Origin: an uncultured Lachnospiraceae bacterium
GTDB lineage: Bacteria > Bacillota > Clostridia > Christensenellales > UBA1242
Direction: 5' to 3'
Assembly: GCA_964368655.1 (NCBI GenBank)
Contig: CAYJCC010000001.1
Span: forward strand, 1 to 33,233
DNA length: 33,233 nucleotides
The position numbers and the translations under genes are program-made. This document shows positions 24,201 to 25,319 of the stretch, one piece after another (within the stretch, counting starts at the first letter, position 1; every line of letters begins with the position of its first letter). The notes below the pieces were generated by a model that was given only the letters and a program-made list of their open reading frames with translations, made no database searches and was not told the DNA's origin.

Positions 24201-25319
24201 TTGCGGGGGTACACCACATATTATGGAGAAGTTAGTTTGACGGGAGTTGGAAATGTTGGCGGAATCGTAGGAAGTGCTTATAGTAGCACAGTAAAACTTT
24301 GCACTAATGAATTTTATGTAAAAGGAAATGGAAATAATAGTGGCTGTTATGCGGGAGGAATCATTGGATATGCTTCTGGAAAAACGGAAGTTAACTCTTG
24401 TTTCAACATGGCAAGTATAACCAATGCCTATGAGGCTGGAGGAATTGTTGGAAGGGCATATAAGGACGCCAGGAGTCCATATCTTGTAAAAATTACAGCC
24501 TGTGGGAACTCTGCAGCTATAGATTCTGGTTGTGCAGGAGGAATTGTAGGAAATGGTGGAGAGTCTGTTTTAGCTGCAGATATTGACTACTGCATCAATA
24601 GTGGTAACGTTTCTGGAAAAAGGCAGGCCGGAGGAATTGTTGGTTACCATGCATACAGTATAAATAACTGTAGACAAGAAGGAACGGCTTCTTCCCAAGG
24701 TTCTAAAAACCCAATTATTGCATCTAATAACTCTGCTTTAAGTATAGCCCCTTCCGGAAACTATTTTTATGGAACCGAGGCTTGGAGCGGGTTTGACCCC
24801 AATGGAAACCCTAGATATTCAAATTATGCAACCGGAGAACGTCCTTATGGACCAGGCGATAATATTGGATATGATGATAACGGGACAGAATTTGATATTT
24901 ATATTGAGGGAACGTATACGGTTCAGGGGTATGCTTTATGGCTGGATGTAAACTCGAAGAGTAGTGGTACAAACAGGTCTTATGATTTTTATGGATGGAT
25001 GCTTGGTTATGAAAACGACACGGGAAAGGTTTCGAAAAACTTAAAAAGAGCTGGAGATTGGATAAATTTTGAAGAAGGCGTCCCTACCATATGGAGCTTA
25101 GGTGGAGAATATTCAATTTGTTTAATATTTTATGGACAACATGCTTATTCGTCTTATATTAGGATTGATAATGTAAATCTCTGGGTAATTCTTGGTACAA
25201 AAACCACTACCATAATTTCTTCATCCGATTCAGGCGATTCAGGAAGCACATTACAAAGAGTTAAATACTATATGTCTAACGGATCAGCAATAACTAATAG
25301 AACTAATAATATATACTAG
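195..25319 (+). CDS. Giant (8,374 aa) predicted cell-surface lipoprotein. Adhesin-like, with Ig-like arrays and seven GLUG-type beta-helix repeat modules. No catalytic motif recognised.
   Basis: The ORF runs 8,374 codons without a stop in AT-rich DNA, while every other frame is broken; the longest competing ORF inside it is 139 aa. An SD-like AGGTGGA lies at 186-192, close to the ATG at 195. The N-terminus MVGIKKNLLVICMVLLSACLLLAGC is a textbook SPase II signal. The stop is TAG at 25317, followed by further in-frame stops and an intrinsic terminator. The composition (N/T/G/S/V-rich) and repeat content are typical of secreted beta-helix adhesins. Confidence 0.93.
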   Translation: MVGIKKNLLVICMVLLSACLLLAGCGDPYKNAKFSVNTNNIFIELVGDAEQTFSIVANVSGLKKKADKTAGYTIEDPNGYNAINFDESTTNDGKTTFKFSTRGKEGRVTLKVYSNEAQSKLSQSVEIVIVKKVTSLAMKDNLAVERGTSIDILQNLTFAPNDTSQKDITVEFTNVEQSQLQNLTYENGKVTVNRNFVGNSFGIKVTSISNPECVEEEIVSVIDMLDVDSLVAIKSSDSTDAVINTEDQMAGQYSVSLAKNVTDYNSVQVMIKQKVGDAFLNLDPEKYSVNIKGLQSNNFFAPEYANNVVSASRVLTSSGEESGAFLLKAQATAQALQQTYTLTFTVDLVGYEGMFTREISLTVKVVSYPNDIKIYDSFGTQLSEVSMFSQYFGDMINTGTQIKAVVRNGEGEESRNYAYKLSMQRESAGVWTNVEYSAWPLNVTYKEGGVVTDNAVISSSQVLYLTKKASDATNSKYRLVFTNTLYPDTKTEMPITFKDDSGTNFTNTTMALPIGSTRVLTEINSQKVNYEILSGAEYVTITESTNTSKYSIRAGSLFGTARIRFVAENGRTGIYTVNVYDEMRDVQVSVGGQTISIIADGTNNLTNTIVPVINVTTGTSLAINYTINGIDYQTAIPSSLTANGVVVDPTIAIFGQTLGEVVTKTKTGDTLVTITLLGYTNTYTFNFRLNVINALNYTNLRTVDGEGETTIYPINAGLGTNTIYIHQYGYKTLNLLLNPTNATVKAEDIDWQIVYNNDSYNFVEDVQVGGSYSNWTAEHETFFTNSKLYYCEDISETDIIFLEVSADGRQAIVHTSKKVTEDETTYVFDIVASISQSYVNPNGNLVNVIRESSVKVTLGTVEKTSSILFQGLQMVADENRIVFDVRDMNGFTQNNTKTFEFTVGNDFALNKDLKVSVWTETGNMFDTTGTVSANITNRADGTGTLAVTVEGNPNRILVLRVESEDGGCCFDIVLKIADGLTEETAFEIKTVSDLIRINQALNAYYVLTSDLNINDYVSRNGLASWTPIGTEEEPFVGNFNGQQTVSGENLQYTIYGLKLAGSMATAGLFGVIGEAGTVQNVVLQDSRINVNTEGQTSAYIGTLAGKNYGTIVNCSVNDGNNAEAVTTTSYGMTVVNTNAGLIDLYVGGVIGYANGTVTNVSAVSSIKVTNSNEATNVYVGGFVGQNGGTIINDETSGAAIGLGNTQVVCYIETVGADAVGGVAGTNIGDIIDTNVQAYIKADGNNIGGITGSNTGSIRNITVVPTLMGVDNVGGIIGYNNGGQVISSKVEFIDYLQNLSHLNTGIHGRDNIGGIIGYVENIGNSSQYNSVYSYYVRDISEEAYSDTDNTGLYYGDIIGRNHIGGLYGFIKNGTLSTCGVVANISGVNYVGGFVGAAESNFNIENSSAYGNMTASAENAFVGVYVGAKQDIIEENGVENIQYSTYVGAIGEEIVVNSYSFIFYINDEDDKIYWATGTTLPQELITDGATANNLEAIEIFLQNKYAFVPVVGSDADKLQAVIAFLSNNSNTISNNINKYPVNTLQGVVNYINSFDNVLTGTYTTDAERLAAINDFANVNYNDEVFQSAVEYVFGHDLIGDGILANKFIPLLVTYFNNIDATAVVGTSTNAEKLTAMETFLNTKTTEAHNAEANANEGVSNIAVFNPVWANSTAMNRVVDITNFLLNNPYLGNSIVPTLIAAEISYLREYDTTALTGTYANDNERLLAIDDYLARTMTGRDIDYNGFAYSQRFSVVSSYVRNNFTSEESEPIEEFADIDAIIALIKEVDNTALTGIYTTDNEKITAVENYLTGTTNFSYAERFSAVEEYVKTHNLGFYTWNGLTGEDSLYTEAIVNADGTYYVRNAETGEYSATIVSVSFANIDAIITFIKTANPNVLTGTYTTDEEKLDAVESYLAIYYTERPFTAYTFTSYSYINMAITGLNYLANFGYIDGPTYAYAIEDLSQYVAFIQKNVEPTALQGLTTDAQRLAAITDYLEENTDYERPAAINLTTLEEVVEFLNENPLSARTIMVTLTDVDSVFNYLKEQLGATFTMNAFLTNIYQFNELIGNANTGLNDVAPSNTDIWYVSVNVSDGYPMLLSQEPVKDGKISVIANLPPVDATIQLVADGERIFDSNYVETTGTIEDLVVIFFPRENSIAVPSNMIAEVNNFFNKVNTYDASDIISIATVPGFAGDSKFTITSSNNSIISYSSLNNTLSVKGEGTVTLTISSLYNRSLAKTITIKVVRGITDFELYKEVMNEENLLNVAEGQNKVENAKTIDIQKEKSKTVFPFADIDADKVYEFISNTDLSEELKNNIHIGQNSSIGVRYYLLAGGSIYSTSEISNNTITISGQSFVSQEISTGRWISYLDFDEISGNQIRGTNAGIANILAVPYIKLNDNSKIVLEKYNILNVEHGDFGVYFNTNVYLGTNSVTVSDSAKTFKPQASVVFDVIIETDKNAEKLYININGVQTEIGNTVIKYDDSLNIQLETTPLYVAGTSPTMGTKTYTIRLDVPENGRWFAEDKNYTLEFYTINETNEKKSDSIDITINPQSVEDVNIAHYPNAEFKQSADGTVWEAGDESEVAYDNIIPSHIGLLKANIYPYYANLDEIQISSNSTALSFNQVFGEKTIVTNSEVEEGFIVKKYRLLSNTSEDLTTLSLRPRSYFSTIGENSIDQDKNYFDGNLYITTLLSPDAQEGSTITITLTGYLKGETKFVKSIDLTVIKLPTVVFDYEGKGAISTPVARGLDFSFTATLSNADTLSLTDSYYADSVDGTPLVSGLNNAYYTITESGNGYSVSVLPRAEQGKYIVIVGKVTKTINNVEYSGEARIVLKVADYVINSISVENATDGYLVGLFGQAYKLKVVINATYSEVVANWSSSTIYSDIQRLEQELSMSGIGENNPYVPTWYLTNTTATGTTYQSINEGLYEAAGFRIRTVAGFYDRVVAGVNERLTNTGFALTGTDFNSQAVLRAIAHITYGENGAEVCTDILYTDEFVELTADFGLGFYRDSTEDNPNPIYTKEELIALGNASDTTIKGAYILQSDIELDDWEPLLLSEAVTSLDGNGYVVSLKNFNLPENTSNEVPTASGNIGVFQKIHSGMTLKNFVVEIRPNADINIINESKTTSDEFNTINPDLTVNLTNYATVNYGTIAGINEGIMTNCQVVYNANNIRSMRDTLLLAENVGTVPSGNIMQDGRTLDISKYKDSGVSYNYTSGEWTGGKRDLSTVKFETYDIKTSLSMTIGGLVAVNSGFVTNSSVENISLITQYGELAGLIAHQSNKLSSSYYKGGNIINVSTSSVAGNIAAGLVVRNSGDIQYSYSYGRDTYSYNKEQDAYSETEESDANKKGITSGSFAGQQDNNPNGPETEMKYLRALSSKVYAGVYSAGFVYENTGYISNSYSNILVDGANTSGFVFRNGSAEATAEENADVVISDCYSLSSVQTNSLLASPFTGRDSSGNILSYSGATIEYCYFLFVRINDTDAEPERLKDQINRENELATPLGISQFGEYNTFAGFYFNSDFKTNSDITRSVWFIPKSNEESEALYSGVYDQSFKSSFYGLNRPELVAANLKTFSLRVINTSLYTVNELANYLNTNWYSNFDFVDYSSSSSNDANPNVQTMAQFIQLTEIIGFINDQESVSARKINITTTASDSAKISAIVNYLNNNAQIYPVTTSDVPLSINNIIHAIKNNPQAFNGQVLNTLEGSVFTINNLATYLERQKSSTLSYYYTGTVIGEDISNPILIDSAEKFNAYVSTENLGVTGASMLDNAYIRFVQNIEYNKDGDLNADTYTVDFRGDLDGNGMTISQLRLVADSDYVVEVGQEVNNLGLFATISSAYQNGKTQYGSVRNLNIEVVSVDGVGVECVGVLAGTIDGGKVANINITSYGENQVLVTGKNLAGGVAGYVKGDAELVNIQSTLSVMVDYKNNVNNFPDAIYELGPTTDKTFFIYDNRLSSPNLSKLSYAGGIAGIIDTQERVSNVGSSSSLYNSRVRRVTVSSDAVLSGEIVGGLFGLIGESTQVSDVSLIITGTPHLNAIRAAGGIAGENRGKIERATVVHSEETQAEIDQLISQNAQVSTIHDKTYNTLFTRNANFIGGLVGMNFAGEITNSYNLVSVENPRAAYAGGLIGLDISGTITSVYTTASVKAYRSYGGITGKEVSYNAVLLVDMARNRLSTNIQNVDYLNELVKNSDQVIYKGVNGINLWTAEDLTTFNRYNGQDYNYADVGSFIGTLIVKDTIDIRCANSVEIDTRLRNEYNYFMTANYLDSAKAGQLLLQVGNLALSDLITEEGSGNFASNTQELEAKISEVEGAASKPYIQSGNYMYENSEGKTTYYHVSRLQKYGSLRTLSEFVSMTLDVTKARQTSNEFNTETLEYELTNEDKYFTMIDVINNYILTDSDKYELLGQSTNETILLYSYMNSNHTKIMTSLSENENRTRLVDYCEKVIITGNTVTIETSLTGMRTELQRVVTYLSDAFTGNESTFAELVQVINSYEPTSQNLIDTRLTEDELKARIKAFMDADTKNTFVDGTDDENWNAPGVVESLVTYINNNYSLEAGQQIPQRANAKSPKIFTTYNPMLWHGVTFREDGTKEFTEVALPKLEPKADLGVITVTTVEELLLIETYRFSKFIIAADIDLSTYDGDWLPLCSEDFPFQGTIEGAERKTEGDQPVTGSYYGIYNISIIGKTNKLGLLSYVENATFKNLTLGVIKVDNAGYNGESGPAYVGALFAYSNNTQNQITIVDNVHVISNDGYIDKVLENATSMKTAAEEELEINLAIKNGNSSYKISATYTGAVGSLFGYANGVQLKNVSVGLDGNNDYSGVVEARSVYAGATDTVTAGAIAGKIVSRESRISVRKNFASLEEARNTYKIEDYLAYTVNGADNNNTRLNIKQSVSDGEEKESLSLVLAFGGLFGEIEDGLGGGTAVNIKNIKVNNPGVTSDTIRLTMDYNAGEIYVGGAIGRTVGAVNINSNEYITEERTNMLALGNSLSFEDDSTDANSPNLTLTEKNAYTMQLLARNVEGYAVANNSIIRLKLDNNNSRLFVGGFVGSHSGTSSLNSSFNNIDLTGETKIILSGANTPAKTLDEKVDYNVYFGGAVGYLQQNASDIDLKSGSFDISKEDTYEGLFLGGIAGYMTNSVMSDVAAKISLVVPNNLSFSEKYLGGIAGYSYNSSFDMVASDGNIEYLGEDEAEIGGLVGKFVAKSLGGAFTISRVFSNMNIKSNGTGNFGGLIGILLAGDHSEGEINISDSYSAGSVWAAADAIEGVSVGGFIGSANFKQTSDSASCKGLLEVKNSYSIANVVTATTETNKATYLNENDGSYGAFVGSIRTDDVDGAFYNVYYNADLAPRSAEIPGITGLSTKNMLFESLGTFNGYLDTEIWTLVSGAYPVLKYALDVNSFAGAYASQTLTAQENKQSIFQQAETNQIPVANAEETENSIAVIYSSGQLSEVGNKTIYIVAGSTITYGTIATVDTLGRLWGVDGTNVSITTNNGIISNTNLTLNNNDKNFVGTNNGIIQNTKVNENHLNLTTVANTNRLAKPIVGTNNGIIDKLSVVGYVKADLATIFVEGTNAGMIIDSVARTDHPTAKLTTNSGAEEAGSGNDYIRNSLLYNENGFVYYGNTTNGHVLSFPLTAFSTDVEIDPNSDQFGVLTGEETIEEFMRAFDITNYTGWATSQGFDFDQIWTMIEPQDESGYKNLIEEIQDLKSEYVALADGYKAVQARIAELKGTGRITTTVYARIAPTSVGGAATNNSSISAAVYTNGAIYAAQNTMTNARAKYEEAKNTYDNMVRPAGLTDEAWAEKKAIAATNVTREWNNYLSTIDSYNNLIVEYRARILTAEGENEDPRSLGYALFLVKEKATEIGRKDASFGAKVVKDITNSGAPTLQWTLKDYWTNENLSTQYEWKLNAEAQSGTLAGNLNSIYGASGSDGLINVINGNATISAVFGENVVGSTVNDLKTAIENSGDTLFAGTVERLTNADTLIKIKAWLSNKVITRDTSKLIEIGRAEELAWVSNLNRAGVEFRGVTLELTADIDLGGKLWQPIGNGYDNGQTRLEGDVTPFYGYINGNWHTIKNISVFASDSNAGLFGTVVNYGTTPFAKELYMEGGFVISVNSLDAINIDNSPFANAGSLVGHLEKTSNSTILSKVVVKNVAVTATHNAGGIIGTTVGSAIIEYSYTKDMVIKGAGAIANVEGTSSVLSGITNVSGTILANQVYSKNSYNIGSAGVRVYPITNNTLAATSAAYYEALLRETSAAGAIEKSKEQMVSESWGNFSWADIWYRDTNGEINEGYPELYVYENSDYWYAYVQNTQTSLNTNGRVDYSVNGDVYTVFTGAGLAYMSYLVANGDDFSGKTITLGNDISLSGRFWTPIGTTTNPFKGTFDGNFKSVFGLTCYSVFVGDTETAATLNLGLFGYVQDATIRNVTVGVPSDDENYETKVSTIGGVSNIGGIIGQAVRSTISNVVSYTVINTTEGQTGENIGGIVGFATNSKLIECTNYGAITGLTTTNVGGIVGRMTYDSTTGGTFMPTGTLSGERIESLLGNLNSSKLVNNAVIRSNGSYVGGIFGQISNANQFTVTGTYNGITYTNEVFTPSVSESYNTGIVSSSDSYVGGISGYSQRTSYTLVYNIANVTGSTNVGGILGYTTGSGSLAKDIYIDNSMLVEAGSAKPSSTGTIKGQNYIGGVVGYSDTTTIMGVTNCSPIIRVSGASQDSYFGGIVGYANNSNLYEVANKVELTVGAGYVGGIACYVGGIAGYASFDNSSEAINLYDTSTQYSEAGSLHIFPDKDPLIARYSGTANRVSSAVYGGATQSRVSNINNSIVSAANAETNTIFTNSSVWVNGVLKYARTVEILPNKTNSSVTINTADEFYMIAYMMAMRLNRPIVTEITLGADIVLDLSATNYVRNLESGKISPHASNLLGTGDNYKFKGTFNGNNKTITLSRTSEETFSEEIFSNMYTGLFGCVQNGQISNLTISLAGNIVGFNYTGALAGIVQNGNISNVTVLSGGSSIIGNQYVGGIIGRAEGSTISLNTAGVTNKTAVNCNVQGVINIGGIVGYVVNTKIYGTGSALATNMDTNAIVGGNITFVNTGSTFDSIGGAIGSANSSEIYNISSTSTVGDGTLGANVGGIVGISNDSPISYCKNEGTAKGRSYVGGITGQAAYGSINNCENSAGIQGNSYIGGIAGISSGNIANCTNSGKITASILSDAKGAGGIVGVLTAQKVEQCINNGIVNSLSSEYVGGIVGRVYSHASISESVNNARITGLRYVGGIVGGVYIDSQISINESDNKGQIVGNGIVGGIIGYARSGASITNCENQSSAIGENDSIGGIVGQIDSGTIENCANNAAIQANYAAGGIVGNSNGGSSSLNVVITNPGLGIWSFVKGNYYVGGIAGYAQYTQIRFTSNTVLNVGTIEATNTQGQNGGSFGGLIGRGQFCEIYGQHISDTNKFATTNTGNTQVTATIKSKDSYAGGIIGRLEGGKIYNITLAYGIVGESSKVDYVGGIAGHSTGEILYCSNANTSEIYGRNYVGGIAGRSSGTITDCYNTGLVSASESYVGGIAGQAYGTIQFAGGRNTSGIVSGLSNVGGVVGVVSDGKLTVYGTMEFTTSNSTSKTLFSGTLSKSSKLGGIIGLVDDYSYNSVYIYNMINNSTIAGSEAVGGIVGNALGGGGEIKYCINYQSITGSSNVGGIAGNVLAKSGSYVIDECHNYVGAPIKNGSNVGGIVGNFNRGTISNCENVAIISGTFNVGGIAGNNVSTIYGCTNNGEITGTYSVGGIAGTNSGSIGSNGNSCTNSGKITASTSSNKKGSGGIVGTNSGTVQYCTSEEDISGKTNTGGIVGYSSSGSIISNCKTLSVTIEGTSNNIGGIVGSNYYGTVSESTSSYVTIKGSYNIGGIAGASYGTIENCSLEKGSSVTGSSHSVGGVVGYLSGTTVSGCLVYSYYHEKRVGLGFWDYQTHDDRTYITGPTDVGGIAGYSSSSTITNSFVDSYSYKDLRGYTTYYGEVSLTGVGNVGGIVGSAYSSTVKLCTNEFYVKGNGNNSGCYAGGIIGYASGKTEVNSCFNMASITNAYEAGGIVGRAYKDARSPYLVKITACGNSAAIDSGCAGGIVGNGGESVLAADIDYCINSGNVSGKRQAGGIVGYHAYSINNCRQEGTASSQGSKNPIIASNNSALSIAPSGNYFYGTEAWSGFDPNGNPRYSNYATGERPYGPGDNIGYDDNGTEFDIYIEGTYTVQGYALWLDVNSKSSGTNRSYDFYGWMLGYENDTGKVSKNLKRAGDWINFEEGVPTIWSLGGEYSICLIFYGQHAYSSYIRIDNVNLWVILGTKTTTIISSSDSGDSGSTLQRVKYYMSNGSAITNRTNNIY
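276..3146 (+). other. N-terminal array of Ig-like/beta-sandwich domains (about 950 aa), including Big_2-like segments
   Basis: Alternating-hydrophobic beta-strand patterns end in '...G.v.l.V......s..v.i.V' motifs, for example GRVTLKVYSNEAQSKLSQSVEIVIV and YEILSGAEYVTITESTNTSKYSIRAGSLFGTARIRFVAENGRTGIYTVNVY. Domain boundaries were not resolved. Confidence 0.5.
3150..4560 (+). repeat. Beta-helix module 1: N-cap (3150-3323) plus about 10 GLUG-type repeats
   Basis: The cap reads FEIKTVSDLIRINQALNAYYVLTSDLNINDY...WTPIGTEEEPFVGNFNGQ. It is followed by periodic repeats such as LYVGGVIGYANGTVTNV, VYVGGFVGQNGGTIIND, DAVGGVAGTNIGDIIDT, NNIGGITGSNTGSIRNI, DNVGGIIGYNNGGQVIS and NYVGGFVGAAESNF. Confidence 0.7.
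4560..6437 (+). repeat. Helical linker region with five copies of an unclassified roughly 31-aa repeat: [IV]xx[FY][IL]xxxxxxxLTGTYTTDxE[KR]LxA[IV]xx[YF]L
   Basis: The copies are at 4827-4913 (VVNYINSFDNVLTGTYTTDAERLAAINDF), 5292-5384 (EISYLREYDTTALTGTYANDNERLLAIDDYL), 5526-5618 (IIALIKEVDNTALTGIYTTDNEKITAVENYL), 5841-5933 (IITFIKTANPNVLTGTYTTDEEKLDAVESYL) and 6084-6176 (YVAFIQKNVEPTALQGLTTDAQRLAAITDYL). There are also shorter half-motifs (DADKLQAVIAFLSNN, TNAEKLTAMETFLNTK, NNLEAIEIFLQNK). The region is followed by a module end-cap, DIWYVSVNVSDGYPMLL (6438-6489). Confidence 0.75.
6490..9242 (+). other. Second Ig-like/beta-sandwich array (about 915 aa) with a clear Big_2-like segment at 6777-6926
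   Basis: KFTITSSNNSIISYSSLNNTLSVKGEGTVTLTISSLYNRSLAKTITIKVV matches the bacterial Ig-like group 2 pattern (tSSN..ia.v...G.v.a...Gt.titA.......itV). The surrounding sequence has beta-sandwich-like periodicity. Confidence 0.55.
9243..10908 (+). repeat. Beta-helix module 2 (cap 9243-9419, degenerate GLUG-type repeats, end-cap SVWFIP...GLNRPELV)
   Basis: The cap reads NPIYTKEELIALGNASDTTIKGAYILQSDIELDDWEPL...LDGNGYVVSLKNF. Repeats include NYGTIAGINEGIMTNCQV, MTIGGLVAVNSGFVTNSSVEN, YSAGFVYENTGYISNSYSN and TSGFVFRNGS. Confidence 0.6.
11418..12830 (+). repeat. Beta-helix module 3 (cap 11418-11636 plus about 9 GLUG-type repeats)
   Basis: The cap reads NPILIDSAEKFNAYV...DFRGDLDGNGMTISQLRL. Repeats include NLAGGVAGYVKGDAELVNI, SYAGGIAGIID, EIVGGLFGLIGESTQVSDV, RAAGGIAGENRGKIERATV, NFIGGLVGMNFAGEITNSYN and AYAGGLIGLDISGTITSVY. 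Confidence 0.65.
14031..16391 (+). repeat. Beta-helix module 4 (cap 14031-14184, about 14 GLUG-type repeats, end-cap EIWTLVSGAYPVLKYAL 16341-16391)
   Basis: The cap reads ITVTTVEELLLIETYRFSKFIIAADIDLSTYDGDWLPLCSEDFPFQGTIEG. Repeats include IYVGGAIGRTVGAVN, LFVGGFVGSHSGTSSLNSS, VYFGGAVGYLQQNASD, LFLGGIAGYMTNSVMSD, KYLGGIAGYSYNSSFD, AEIGGLVGKF, GNFGGLIGILL and VSVGGFIGSANF. Confidence 0.65.
17290..17830 (+). other. Predicted alpha-helical/coiled-coil segment (about 180 aa) in the middle of the giant protein
   Basis: The segment is rich in charged residues and Ala and lacks Gly/Asn: YKNLIEEIQDLKSEYVALADGYKAVQARIAELKG ... ARAKYEEAKNTYDNMVRP...AWAEKKAIAATNVTREWNNYLSTIDSYNNLIVEYRARILTAEGE ... LFLVKEKATEIGRK. 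This contrasts sharply with the flanking beta-repeat sequence. Confidence 0.5.
18213..19109 (+). repeat. Beta-helix module 5 (cap 18213-18447, few repeats, end-cap ADIWYRDTNGEINEGYPELYVYE)
   Basis: The cap reads LIEIGRAEELAWVSNLNRAGVEFRGVTLELTADIDLGGKLWQPIGNG...FYGYINGNWHTIKNISV. It is followed by NAGLFGTV, ANAGSLVGHLEKTSNSTILSKVVVKN and HNAGGIIGTTVGSAIIEYSY. Confidence 0.6.
19200..20768 (+). repeat. Beta-helix module 6 (cap 19200-19392, about 10 GLUG-type repeats, end-cap SSVWVNGVLKYARTVE)
   Basis: The cap reads YTVFTGAGLAYMSYLVANGDDFSGKTITLGNDISLSGRFWTPIGTTTNPFKGTFDGNFKSVFGL. Repeats include SNIGGIIGQAVRSTISN, ENIGGIVGFATNSKLIECTNYG, TNVGGIVGR, SYVGGIFGQ, SYVGGISGY, TNVGGILGY, NYIGGVVGY and SYFGGIVGY. 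Confidence 0.7.
20439..20480 (+). repeat. In-frame 21-bp tandem duplication (2 copies, 20/21 identical) inside a GLUG repeat
   Basis: The two copies are tatgtaggaggtatcgcaTgt (20439-20459) and tatgtaggaggtatcgcaGgt (20460-20480). Together they encode YVGGIAC-YVGGIAG. Confidence 0.9.
20796..24707 (+). repeat. Beta-helix module 7: cap 20796-21044 followed by about 38 consecutive GLUG-type repeats (about 26-30 aa period), many with a conserved Cys (I.NC.N.G.I.G...VGGI[AV]G)
   Basis: The cap reads VTINTADEFYMIAYMMAMRLNRPIVTEITLGADIVLD...YKFKGTFNGNNKTITLSR. It is followed by an almost unbroken series such as SYVGGITGQAAYGSINNCENSAGIQGN, SYIGGIAGISSGNIANCTNSGKITAS, NYVGGIAGRSSGTITDCYNTGLVSAS, SNVGGIVGNFNRGTISNCENVAIISGT and FNVGGIAGNNVSTIYGCTNNGEITGT. 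Confidence 0.8.
24708..25316 (+). other. Non-repetitive C-terminal domain (about 203 aa), aromatic/Gly-rich, predicted beta-sandwich. Possible ligand- or carbohydrate-binding tip.
   Basis: The GG[IV]xG periodicity stops abruptly. The sequence reads NPIIASNNSALSIAPSGNYFYGTEAWSGFDPNGNPRYSNYATGERPYGPGDNIGYDDNGTEFDIYIEGTYTVQGYALWLDVNSK...GEYSICLIFYGQHAYSSYIRIDNVNLWVILG. It ends in a Ser/Asp/Gly-rich tail, with no LPXTG motif and no hydrophobic anchor. Confidence 0.5.

Noticed and set aside
3150-24707. The periodic repeats could be mistaken for a CRISPR array or non-coding satellite.
   Set aside because: The repeats are conserved at the amino-acid level (GG[IV]xG...) but degenerate at the nucleotide level. 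They have a variable period and lie in one continuous reading frame. There are no identical direct repeats with unique spacers.
10123-24951. Plus-strand alternative-frame ORFs within the giant gene (10123-10305, 23539-23733, 24769-24951).
   Set aside because: They are short, out of frame with a clearly real CDS, low-complexity in translation, and lack ribosome-binding sites.
195-25319. An IgA1-protease-like zinc metalloprotease (GLUG repeats accompany M26 peptidases), or a sortase-anchored or S-layer-anchored protein.
   Set aside because: Reading every His in the translation found no HExxH motif. No LPXTG, SLH, or GW/choline-binding repeat series was found. The C-terminus is hydrophilic.
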